64,000 nt of DNA from Planctomycetota bacterium (GTDB lineage Bacteria > Planctomycetota > Planctomycetia > Pirellulales > Lacipirellulaceae), in assembly GCA_039820945.1 (NCBI GenBank), contig JBCBPC010000014.1, forward strand, positions 2,182 to 66,181. Reading direction: 5' to 3'. Position numbers and translations under genes: made by a program. Positions 17,847 to 26,727 of the stretch are shown piece by piece. Every line of letters starts with the position of its first letter. Within the stretch, counting starts at the first letter, position 1. The notes under the pieces were generated by a model. It was not told the origin of the DNA, did not search any database, and saw only the letters and a program-made list of their open reading frames with translations.

Positions 17847-19747
17847 CGTTCCGCCCCCTGACGCCGGCGAGGCTCGCGCCCGCGATCATCAGCAGCACGA
17901 TCGACCCCGGTTCTGGCACGCCGGCGAGCATCGCCTCGAACGAGCCGACGCCGTTGGCCGCGTTGAAGGCGTCTTTGAATCGCGCAAAGTCGAAGCGGTC
18001 GATCCGGCCGTCGAAGTTGACGTCGCCCGTGCGGTAAGCCACGGCGGCGCCGAGCGCACCGGCGTCAAAGCCGAACGCGCTGCGGAAGGTGTTCCAGTCG
18101 GCCGCGTCGATGACCCCGTCCAGATTGAAGTCGCCCTCCAAGGTGAGAAACGCCACCGCGGGCAGGTCCACAGGCGACCCGTCCGCCCGCCGTGCGGGCA
18201 TCGCCGCGTTGCTCCGCAGCAGGTAGGCGTGCAGGGCGGCGGTGAGCTCAAAATCAAGCTCCGCGTTCTGACCGAACAGGTCGTTGGTCTCACCCCGATC
18301 AGTCGTGAGATCGTACAGCTCGTAGCGACCGGTCTCGTAGAAGTAGAGGAGTTTGTACGTGTCGTCTCGCAGCGCGCTGACGAACGAACCGCCGAGGATC
18401 GAGCCCTCCGAAAGCTTGTGCTGGTTGCTCTCGTGCGGGTAGTGCCAGTACTGGTAGCCACGATCGTGCGCCCCCCCCGGTCAGGGCGCCGGCGAAGCTT
18501 ACGCCATCGATCCCGGGGTTGATCGGCGCGCCGGCGTTACCGCTCACACCAGCGACGTCGAGCAGTGTGGGGTAGATATCGTGCGTGGAGACGCGAGCGT
18601 TGCTCAGCACACCCTGCGGCACGCCCGCGTTGCCGAGCCAGCTCGCGATCAGCGGCGTGCGGATGCCGCCCTCGTAGAGGCTGCCTTTGCCGTCCCGCAA
18701 CGGCTGTTTCTCCGTAGCCGGGGCGGACCCGAGCTCGCCGATCGTCAGCCCGCCGTTGTCCGACGCGAACAGCACGAGCGTGTTGTCGCGGACGCTGTCG
18801 CTCGTCGAGCCGTCGCCGTTCGGGTCGTCGAGGCGATTGAGGATCCGCCCAAGGGCGTTGTCCATCTCTTCGACCATGGCGGCGTACAGGGCGTTGTCGT
18901 GTCCGCGTAGCGACACGCCCTGGGCCTGCAGGTCCGCGATCTTCGCGGTGTACTTGCTCACGGTGTCGGCCGGCGCCTGCAGCGGAACGTGCACCTGGTA
19001 CATCGACGCCAGCAGCAGGAACGGATCGGGGTCGGCGGCGCGATCGGCGATGAAGCTCTCCGCCTCGTCGCCCAAAACGTCGGTCAGGTAGGTGTCCGCC
19101 GAGAAGGCGCCCGGCGTGTTCAGGCCACGCATGCCGCCGAACCGTCCGTCCGGACCAGCGAAGAAGCCGCCCTCGCCATCGCAAGGGCATCCGGGGCCGC
19201 TGCCGACGTCCGAGTCGAACCCTTGGCCGAGCGGTCCGCCGCCGGCGTGCCACTTGCCGATGAATCCGGTGTCGTACCCGCCGGCCGACGAGCCGAGCGA
19301 CTCGGCGAGGGTGATCTCGCTAGCCGGCACGCCCCTCGTCCAAGCGGGCGACTGCAGTGTGGGGCTCGTGTTGCGTCCGCCTCCGAGGAAGTCGGTCACC
19401 CCGTGCCTCGCGGCGCTCTTGCCCGTGATTAACGACGCCCGCGTCGGCGAGCAGACGGGCGCCGCGGCGTAGCCCTGGGTAAAGTTCACGCCCTCGCTCG
19501 CCAAACGCAGCATGTGGGGCGTTTCGTAGACCACGCTGCCGGTCGGGTTCAGCAGGGGGTCCTGCTGCCAGTCGGTCCAGCCCATGTCGTCGACGAAGAA
19601 AACGACGACGTTCGGCCGCTGACCCTGGGTTACGCCAACGGCCAGCAACACGCCCACCACTGCCAGACACGAGAACGATCGATGCATGCCAGAACGGCCG
19701 AGGGAGAACAGAGGAAGAGCTGCGAGGGCTAGAAACCGCAGCCGCAT
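17839..19747 (-). pseudogene. Cys-type sulfatase fused to dockerin-like repeats and a PEP-CTERM anchor; reading frame broken at C8 run 18471-18478
   Basis: N-terminal part: RPNVVVFFVDDMGWTDW and AAAPVCSPTRASLITG (FGly motif). After ...GALTGG the sulfatase C-terminal segment AHDRGYQYWHYPHESNQHKL...YELYDLTTDRGETNDLF...MPARRADG...GDFNLDGVIDAADW...GVPEPGSIVLLMIAGASLAGVRGR continues in the +1 frame. Start is ATG 19747 or 19687. The ORF stretch up to 20083 is spurious. Confidence 0.8.
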
Positions 19748-19997
19748 CCGTCCGTTGCGGGGCGGCGCACCCCCCGGATTTGATGGTGGCGGCGAAGCGA
19801 CCCCGAGTAAGACTCCGCTGCCAAGCGTGTCCTTACGCACGATCTGACGGGATGACCGCAGTCGGGGGGCGCCTCGACGCGGCTGGATCGCCGTTAAACC
19901 CTTCCCGCGGCTGTGGTAACGTCTAAAGACGCAGGCGGCGCCCCGGTCGGCCCGCGAGCCCCCAGCCCGCCCCCCCGCTCCAAGAGACGCCACCGCT

Positions 19998-21545
19998 TTG
20001 GTCCGATCCGCTTCTAGCCCCCCCGCGACGAACCCCCGAGTCGCCGTCGTTGGCGCCGGCCCCGGCGGCCTGGCCGCCGCCATGCTGCTCGCCGCTCGCG
20101 GCTACCGCGTTCAGGTGTTCGAGCGTCACGCGACGCCCGGGGGCCGCACGTCGAGCCTCGAGGCCGAGGGCTTCCGCTGGGACCTCGGCCCCACATTCTT
20201 TCTCTACCCGAGGATCCTCAGCCAGATCTTTGCCGACTGCGGCCGCGATCTGATGGCCGAGGTGCCGATGACGCGGCTCGACCCGCAGTACAGCCTCGTC
20301 TTTGGCGAGGGACCCAAGCAGCAGGGCGGCAGGCTGGACGCCACGCCCGACATCGACCGGATGGAGGCCGAGGTCGCGCGGCTTTCTCCGTCGGACGCCG
20401 GAGCCTTCCGACGGTTCCTCAACGAGAATCGGCACAAGCTCAAGGCGTTCACGCCGATCCTCGAGTCGCCGTTCGACCGGCTGACCGACCTGCTGCGTCC
20501 GGAGGTGCTCAAGTCGGCCCACTTGGTGAAGCCTTGGCGTTCGCTGCACGGCGAAGTGGGCCGGTTGTTCAAAGACCCCCGGCTGCAGCTCGCGTTCACT
20601 TTCCAGGGCAAGTACCTGGGCATGAGCCCGTTTCAGTGCCCGAGCCTGTTCTCAATCCTCGCGTTCCTCGAGTACGAACACGGGGTTTTCCACCCGACCG
20701 GCGGTTGCGGCCAGGTGTCGCGTCGGATGGCGGAGATCGTTGAGGAGTTGGGCGGCGAGGTGCGGCTCGGCGAGCCGATCGAACGGCTGCAGTTCAATGG
20801 CCGCCGCGTCACGGGTGTCGGCACCACGCAGGGCGATTACCCGGTCGACTCGTTGGTCATCAACTCGGACTTCGCGCAGACGATGACCGAGCTGGTGCCG
20901 GACAAGCTGCGGCGGCGCTGGAAGGACAAGACGCTCGCTAAGAAGCGTTACAGCTGCAGCACGTTCATGATGTACCTGGGCTTGGACGGCGAACTGCCGG
21001 GCATGGCGCATCACACGATCTACCTGTCGCCGGAGTACGAGAAGAACCTGGCCGACATCGAACAGGGCAACCCGCTCGACGAGAACTGCTCCGTGTACGT
21101 TCAGGCGCCCACGCAGACCGACGCGACGCTCGCCCCGGACGGGTCCAGCGCGATGTACGTGCTCGTGCCGACGGCGAACCTGGGCGCCAGCGAGGGCAAG
21201 ATCGACTGGGCGAGCGAGACGCCCCGCATGCGGCGGATCGTCTTCCAGCAGCTCGAGCGGCTCGGCGTGTCCGACGCGGAGTCGCGGGTCCGTGTCGAGC
21301 GTGTCGTCACGCCGGAAGACTGGCGCGGCCAGCACCATATCTACCGGGGCGCCACGTTCAATCTGGCCCACAGCCTCGATCAGATGCTGTACTGGCGGCC
21401 GCACAACCGATTCGAGGACCTCGACGGCGTGTACCTGGTCGGCGGCGGCACGCACCCGGGCAGCGGGTTGCCGACAATTTATAGTTCTGCCCGCATCGCC
21501 TGCGACGCGCTGGGCGAAGACATCGGCGTCCCCGCGGCGGCGTAG
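19998..21545 (+). CDS. CrtI-family (phytoene/diapophytoene-type) desaturase
   Basis: RVAVVGAGPGGLAAAMLLAARGYRVQVFERHATPGGRTSS...LGPTFF. C-terminal VYLVGGGTHPGSGLPTIYSSARIA. TTG start. Confidence 0.85.
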   Translation: MVRSASSPPATNPRVAVVGAGPGGLAAAMLLAARGYRVQVFERHATPGGRTSSLEAEGFRWDLGPTFFLYPRILSQIFADCGRDLMAEVPMTRLDPQYSLVFGEGPKQQGGRLDATPDIDRMEAEVARLSPSDAGAFRRFLNENRHKLKAFTPILESPFDRLTDLLRPEVLKSAHLVKPWRSLHGEVGRLFKDPRLQLAFTFQGKYLGMSPFQCPSLFSILAFLEYEHGVFHPTGGCGQVSRRMAEIVEELGGEVRLGEPIERLQFNGRRVTGVGTTQGDYPVDSLVINSDFAQTMTELVPDKLRRRWKDKTLAKKRYSCSTFMMYLGLDGELPGMAHHTIYLSPEYEKNLADIEQGNPLDENCSVYVQAPTQTDATLAPDGSSAMYVLVPTANLGASEGKIDWASETPRMRRIVFQQLERLGVSDAESRVRVERVVTPEDWRGQHHIYRGATFNLAHSLDQMLYWRPHNRFEDLDGVYLVGGGTHPGSGLPTIYSSARIACDALGEDIGVPAAA

Positions 21546-21563
21546 CTCCCTACCCGCGGTGCT

Positions 21564-21636
21564 TTTGACAGGATCAGCAGGATGACAAGGATTGATTTCC
21601 CAGCAGACATTCTGCCAATCCTGTAAACCCTGTCAG
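21564..21636. repeat. REP-like hairpin element, family B (GACAGGATCA[G/A]CAGGATGA core), copy 1
   Basis: gacagg...caggat (from 21566) pairs with atcctg...cctgtc (to 21633). It shares 19/20 nt with 52287-52306. Confidence 0.6.
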
Positions 21637-21672
21637 GCTTCTTGAAGCTGGCGTTGAGCCAGCCATCCGCGG

Positions 21673-22560
21673 ATGGCGTTCTCTCTGATCGACGATCTGC
21701 TGCAGAAAACCAGCCGCACGTTTGCGCTGGCCATCCCGCTGTTACCCGAGCCGCTGCAGAGCGAGGTGGGTGTCGGTTACTTGCTGTTCCGCATCGCCGA
21801 CACGCTCGAAGACGCCGAGCTGCTAGGGCGCGACGAGCGAATCGCTGCGCTGCAGGAATGGATCGAGCTGCTTGAGGCGCCGAGTGCTACCGAGGCGAAA
21901 CGCTTGGCTAACGGATGGGCGAAGGCGCCCACCTCGACCAACGCCGAGTACAACCGCCTGCTGCGCGAGACGCCGGCCGTGATCGCACGGTTTTTGGCGT
22001 TCGAAGACGCGTCCCGCGCGGCGATTGCCAAACACGCGGCCCGCTCTGCCCGCGGGATGGCCGAGACGCTCTCCGGCTCCGACGCCGCCGGCACGCTCGC
22101 GCTCGCGACGCTCGAGGAGCTCCGCGAGTACTGCTACTTCGTGGCGGGGATCGTCGGCGAGATGCTCACCGACCTGTTCGAGCTACGGCTCGACGCCTCG
22201 CCCTCGCGCGACGCTCTGGCGGTTGACGCGGCTGCGTTCGGCGAGGGGCTCCAACTCGTCAACATCCTCAAGGACGCCCCGGACGACGCCCGCGACGGCC
22301 GCACTTATCTGCCTCCCGGCGTGTCGCGTGCCGAAGTGATCCAGCTCGCCCACGACAACCTGGCGGCGGCCGAACGTTACGCCGACCATCTGCAAGCGGC
22401 CGGCGCCGACGAGGGCGTCCTCGCGTTTGTCACGCTGCCGCGCACGCTCGCCGAGGCCACGCTCGACGGCTTGGAGCACGGAGAGCGCAAGGTCACACGT
22501 GGCGTCGTCGCCGAGAAGCTCGCCGAGGCCGAGGCAATCCGCACCGGGCGTGCGAGCTGA
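21673..22560 (+). CDS. squalene/phytoene synthase family protein, Sqs-type (farnesyl-diphosphate farnesyltransferase-like)
   Basis: SRTFALAIPLLPEPL...GYLLFRIADTLEDA (first Asp-rich box). VNILKDAPDDARDGRTYLP (second box). Confidence 0.8.
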   Translation: MAFSLIDDLLQKTSRTFALAIPLLPEPLQSEVGVGYLLFRIADTLEDAELLGRDERIAALQEWIELLEAPSATEAKRLANGWAKAPTSTNAEYNRLLRETPAVIARFLAFEDASRAAIAKHAARSARGMAETLSGSDAAGTLALATLEELREYCYFVAGIVGEMLTDLFELRLDASPSRDALAVDAAAFGEGLQLVNILKDAPDDARDGRTYLPPGVSRAEVIQLAHDNLAAAERYADHLQAAGADEGVLAFVTLPRTLAEATLDGLEHGERKVTRGVVAEKLAEAEAIRTGRAS

Positions 22561-24032
22561 TGGGCGCCGCCGACGCCGTCGCCGCGGCCAAGCACGCGCA
22601 GCCCGAGTGGGCCGCGTTGCCCACGCCCACGCGTCTTGACCGCTTGCAAGCCGTGCGGCGTTCGATCGCCGATGATCCGCACGCGTGGGCAGAAGCGACC
22701 ACGCGGCCCGAGCGTTCGCTCGCCCAGGTGCTAGCCGCCGAGGTCGGACCGCTGGCCGACGCCGTGCAATGGCTCGACCAGCACGGGGCCAAGACGCTCC
22801 GCCCCCGTCGGGGTGAGGGCGACCGGTTCGGTTGGCTGAAGCCGGGCTCACTCGCGCTTCGTGTCGAGCGCAAGCCGCTGGGCGTGGTGCTGGTGATCGG
22901 CGCCGGCAACTACCCGCTCTTCCTGCTCGCGGCGCCCGCGGTGCAGGCGCTCGCCGCTGGCAACGCGGCGCTGCTGAAGCCGCCGCCCGGAGGCGAGGCG
23001 GCCGCACAGAAGCTACATGAGGTGCTCGTTGCGGGCGGCGTCGACCCGCGGCTCTGCCCGGTGCTCGACAGCACGGTCGAAGCCGCGGAGCAGGCGATCG
23101 ACGCGGGCGTCGATCACATCGTCGCCACCGGCTCCGCGGGGACGGGCAGGGCGGTCGCCCGTCGCGCGGCCGAGACGCTCACCCCCTGCACGCTGGAGTG
23201 CTCCGGCAGCGACGCGGTCGTCGTACTCCCCGGAGCGGACCTGAACCGCGTCGCCGACTGCCTCGCGTGGGCGTTGCCGTTCAACAACGGGGCGACCTGC
23301 ATCGGCCCGCGACGGCTGATCACGGCCGACACGTCGGGATCGATCGCTGAGATAGTGCTCGAGCGATTTGAGTCGATGGGCGTCTGCCCCGTGTCTCCCG
23401 CCACGGCCGACGCGGTACGCGACGTGGTCGGCCGCGAGATCGACGCCGGAGCCGTGCTGCACTGTCCGGCCGGATGGGGGCGTGCGGAGCTGGACGCCGC
23501 CTGCGCCGAGCGGCGCCTGCCGCCGGTGGTGCTCATGCCTAGCCGGAGCCCGACGCCGCTGGCGGACCACGACCTGTTCGCCCCGGTGCTATCGATCGAG
23601 ATCGCCCGCGGCGCCGACGAAGCGATCCGGTGGGCGAACGCGTCGCCGTACGCCCTCGGCGCCTCGGTCTTTGGCCCGCCCGCGGAGGCCGAGGCGGTCG
23701 CCCGGCGTTTGCGCGCGGGCTGCGTCACGGTTAACGACGTGATCGCCCCCACCGCTGACCCCCGCGTGCCGTTCGGCGGTACCGGAGAGAGCGGCTACGG
23801 CGTCACCCGCGGCCGCGAGGGCCTCCTGGCGATGACCCGGCCGCAAGCGGTCGTCCGCCGCCGGGGAAGCTGGCTGCCGCACCTGGACCCAGAAACGCCT
23901 GCCCTGGCCGATCTGATCGCCGGAATGATCCAATCCCGCCATGCAACCGGGCTAGCTGCGAAGTGGCGGGCCATGCGACGATTCATGACCGCGGCGGGCC
24001 TGCATCAGAATCAGAAGAAAGACCGCGAGTGA
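22560..24032 (+). CDS. aldehyde dehydrogenase family protein
   Basis: VVLVIGAGNYPLFL, LECSGSDAVVV, PFNNGATCIGP (catalytic Cys context), PFGGTGESGYG. The ATG overlaps the upstream TGA (TGATG). Confidence 0.85.
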   Translation: MGAADAVAAAKHAQPEWAALPTPTRLDRLQAVRRSIADDPHAWAEATTRPERSLAQVLAAEVGPLADAVQWLDQHGAKTLRPRRGEGDRFGWLKPGSLALRVERKPLGVVLVIGAGNYPLFLLAAPAVQALAAGNAALLKPPPGGEAAAQKLHEVLVAGGVDPRLCPVLDSTVEAAEQAIDAGVDHIVATGSAGTGRAVARRAAETLTPCTLECSGSDAVVVLPGADLNRVADCLAWALPFNNGATCIGPRRLITADTSGSIAEIVLERFESMGVCPVSPATADAVRDVVGREIDAGAVLHCPAGWGRAELDAACAERRLPPVVLMPSRSPTPLADHDLFAPVLSIEIARGADEAIRWANASPYALGASVFGPPAEAEAVARRLRAGCVTVNDVIAPTADPRVPFGGTGESGYGVTRGREGLLAMTRPQAVVRRRGSWLPHLDPETPALADLIAGMIQSRHATGLAAKWRAMRRFMTAAGLHQNQKKDRE

Positions 24033-24076
24033 CGTGAACGCGACGCGGATCGGCCCAATTGGCGATCCTTCGCGTT

Positions 24077-25672
24077 ATGCGCGGTTTCCACCAACAGAGA
24101 GAAGGTCTCAACGTGATCGCGACAGCTAACAACAACGGATCCACCCGCGTCGCGGTTGTCGGCGGCGGCCTTGGCGGGCTCGCCTCGGCCTGCACGCTGG
24201 CCGCACGCGGCTACAAGGTGTCGCTCTTCGAGCGTAACGCCACCGTCGGCGGCAAGGCCGTGCAGCTGCGGCGCGACGGGTACCGGTTCGACATGGGTCC
24301 CACGATCCTCACGCTGCCGTCCGTGCTGCGGCGGATCTTCGCTGAGGCGGGTCTCGACCTCGACGACCACATGGACCTCGTGCGGCTCGACCCGCAGTGG
24401 CGCTGCTTCTTCGAGGACAAATCGGTGCTCGACCTCGCGGCCGACGTCGACGCAATGAAGAAGACCCTCGCCGAGTTCTCCGGCCGCTCGGATGTGGCCG
24501 AGGGCTACGAGAAGTTCATCGCCACCAGCAAGCGGCTGCACGAGATCTCCGATCGGTTCTTTTTCTGGAAGAGCGTTGGCGGCATCACGGATACGATGGA
24601 CGTCGGCGGCACGTTCAACGCCCAGGTGCTGGGCGACCTGCTGCAGCTGCGGATGGGCCGCACCGTGGCGGGCACGGTCCGCTCGCACGTGCCGGACGAT
24701 CGCGTCGCGCAGATGATCGACCACTTCACGCAGTACGTGGGCTCGAGCCCCGAGGCGTCGCCCGCGGTGCTGTGTGGCATCGCCCACATGCAGACCGAAG
24801 AGGGTGTCTGGTACCCGATGGGCGGCACCCGCGCCGTGCCGACCGCGCTCGCGAAGCTGGCCGAAGAGCTCGACATCGAGGTCCACTGCGAGACGCCCAT
24901 CAAGCGGATTCTCACCGAGAAGGGCCGCGCTGTGGGTGTCGAAACCGAGGCGGGCGACCGCTTCGAGGCAGACGCCGTGGTGAGCAACTGCGACAGCGTG
25001 CTCACGCACCGCGAACTGCTGGGCGAGGCGCCGACGTCGAAGTTCCTCAAGCGACGCAAGTACGAGCCGGCGTGCTCCGGCGTGGTGCTGTACCTGGGCC
25101 TCAACCGCCGGTACGAGCAGCTGCTGCATCATAACTTCGTGTTCTCCGACGACCCGCACGTGGAGTTCGACGCCATTTACAACCAGGGCGTCCCCGCCCC
25201 GGACCCCACCGCGTACGTGTGCGCCCCGGCGGTGACCGAACCGGCCGTCGCGCCCGAGGGCGGCGAAGCGCTCTACATCCTGGTGCACACCCCCTACCGG
25301 CGCGACGGGCAGGACTGGAGCCAGATGCTGCCCGACTACCGCGAGGCGATCCTCGACAAGCTGGAGCGGACCGCCGGCATGGAGGGCATCCGCGATTCGA
25401 TCGTCGTTGAGCACGCCCTCACGCCCGCCGACATCGAGAGCCGCTACAACGTGCTCCGCGGCGCCATCTACGGCCTGGCGAGCCACGGCCGGTTCTTCGG
25501 CGCGTTCAAGCCCGCCAACCGCAGCCCCGACGTGAAGGGACTGTACCTGGCCGGCGGCGCCGCCCACCCGGGCCCCGGCATGCCGATGGTGCTGATGAGC
25601 GGCTGGATCGCCGCCGACTCGCTCGACGCGGACCACGAGCGCGTCGGCGAACGCGAACCCGCCCTCGCCTGA
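24077..25672 (+). CDS. second CrtI-family desaturase/oxidase (CrtN/CrtP-like)
   Basis: RVAVVGGGLGGLASACTLAARGYKVSLFERNATVGGK...MGPTILT. C-terminal LYLAGGAAHPGPGMPMVLMSG. Start is uncertain: TTG 24059, ATG 24077, or GTG 24113 preceded by GAGAAGG. Confidence 0.85.
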   Translation: MRGFHQQREGLNVIATANNNGSTRVAVVGGGLGGLASACTLAARGYKVSLFERNATVGGKAVQLRRDGYRFDMGPTILTLPSVLRRIFAEAGLDLDDHMDLVRLDPQWRCFFEDKSVLDLAADVDAMKKTLAEFSGRSDVAEGYEKFIATSKRLHEISDRFFFWKSVGGITDTMDVGGTFNAQVLGDLLQLRMGRTVAGTVRSHVPDDRVAQMIDHFTQYVGSSPEASPAVLCGIAHMQTEEGVWYPMGGTRAVPTALAKLAEELDIEVHCETPIKRILTEKGRAVGVETEAGDRFEADAVVSNCDSVLTHRELLGEAPTSKFLKRRKYEPACSGVVLYLGLNRRYEQLLHHNFVFSDDPHVEFDAIYNQGVPAPDPTAYVCAPAVTEPAVAPEGGEALYILVHTPYRRDGQDWSQMLPDYREAILDKLERTAGMEGIRDSIVVEHALTPADIESRYNVLRGAIYGLASHGRFFGAFKPANRSPDVKGLYLAGGAAHPGPGMPMVLMSGWIAADSLDADHERVGEREPALA

Positions 25673-25689
25673 CGATTCACCACCGAGGG

Positions 25690-25756
25690 CACAGAGAACA
25701 CGGAGAATTGTCACCACCGCGAAGCGGACTACTCTGTGATCTCCGTGCTCTCTGTG
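25690..25756. repeat. REP-like hairpin element, family A (CACAGAG.CACGGAG core), copy 1
   Basis: cacagagaacacggaga (25690-25706) pairs with tctccgtgctctctgtg (25740-25756), 16/17 complementary. Confidence 0.65.
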
Positions 25757-25775
25757 GTTAGTTCTGAATCGCTGA

Positions 25776-26609
25776 ATGGCCAAGTCGGATAAGAAACGAT
25801 CTGCCGCCCCGGCGGTGTCTCCGTGGTTGCTCGGCTGGTTCCGCTGGTACCTGCGTGGCTACCTGCCCCGCGGGCTGCACTCGCTGTGTGTGGCCAACGA
25901 GCGGCCGCTCGACGTGCCCGACGACACGCCGCTGATCGTCTACCTCAATCACGCGTCTTGGTGGGACCCGGTCGTCACGATCCATCTGTCGGCGGTCGAG
26001 TCGCCTAGCCGGACGGTCTACGCGCCGTTCGACGAGGCGGCGCTGGCCCGCTACCCGATCTTCGAGAAGCTCGGCTTCTTCGGCATCGATCAGTCGTCGC
26101 GCCGCGGCGCAGCGCAGTTCCTCAAGACGAGCCGCGCGGTGCTCGCCACGCCGGGCGCCGCGTTGTGGATGACGCCCGAGGGACGGTTTGTCGATCCGCG
26201 CGACGACTCGGCGGACTTCGAGCCGGGGCTCGCGCACCTGGCGGAGCACCTCGCCACGAGCGACGACACGCGGATGCGCGAGACGATCATCCAGCCGCTG
26301 GCGATCGAGTACCCGCTGTGGGAAGAACGTCTGCCCGAGGCGCTCTGTCGCTGGGACGAGCCGATCCACGTCGGCCGGCACGGCGACCTGAGCAAGGCCG
26401 ACTGGAGCGCGATGCTCACTGACCGCCTGCGATCCAACCAGCGGCGGCTGGCGGAGCTGTCGCTGGCCCGCGACCCGGCCGCGTTCCGCGTGCTGCTGGG
26501 CGGCCGTGAGGGCGTCGGCGGCCTGTACGAACGGGTGCGGCGAACCTTCGCCTGGGCCCGTGGTCAGCAGTACCGCGCCTCGCACGGCGAGAAACTGACC
26601 GGCGGGTGA
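25776..26609 (+). CDS. lysophospholipid (PlsC-type) acyltransferase
   Basis: HxxxxD box in YLNHASWWDP. PEGR box (MTPEGRF). Confidence 0.75.
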   Translation: MAKSDKKRSAAPAVSPWLLGWFRWYLRGYLPRGLHSLCVANERPLDVPDDTPLIVYLNHASWWDPVVTIHLSAVESPSRTVYAPFDEAALARYPIFEKLGFFGIDQSSRRGAAQFLKTSRAVLATPGAALWMTPEGRFVDPRDDSADFEPGLAHLAEHLATSDDTRMRETIIQPLAIEYPLWEERLPEALCRWDEPIHVGRHGDLSKADWSAMLTDRLRSNQRRLAELSLARDPAAFRVLLGGREGVGGLYERVRRTFAWARGQQYRASHGEKLTGG

Positions 26610-26645
26610 CCAAGCTACGCTACCCCCCGGGGCGTGATTGCCTTA

Positions 26646-26716
26646 CCACAGAGGCACGGAGACACAGAGCCTCGGCTTCTGCCGCTCCGTGGCTCCGTGG
26701 CTCCGTGCCTCTGTGG
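26646..26716. repeat. REP-like hairpin element, family A, copy 2
   Basis: ccacagaggcacggag (26646-26661) pairs perfectly with ctccgtgcctctgtgg (26701-26716). The loop contains gctccgtg repeated three times. Confidence 0.7.
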
Positions 26717-26727
26717 TTTGGTTTGTG

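Noticed and set aside
17889-18461. 190-aa minus-strand ORF inside the sulfatase 3' region
   Set aside because: It is the third frame, Thr/Ser/Arg-rich. The sulfatase C-terminal motifs are in the frame of ORF 17839-18201 extended upstream.
24011-25783. 590-aa minus-strand ORF
   Set aside because: It is antisense to the second CrtI-family gene, whose plus-strand translation carries clear Rossmann and C-terminal signature motifs.
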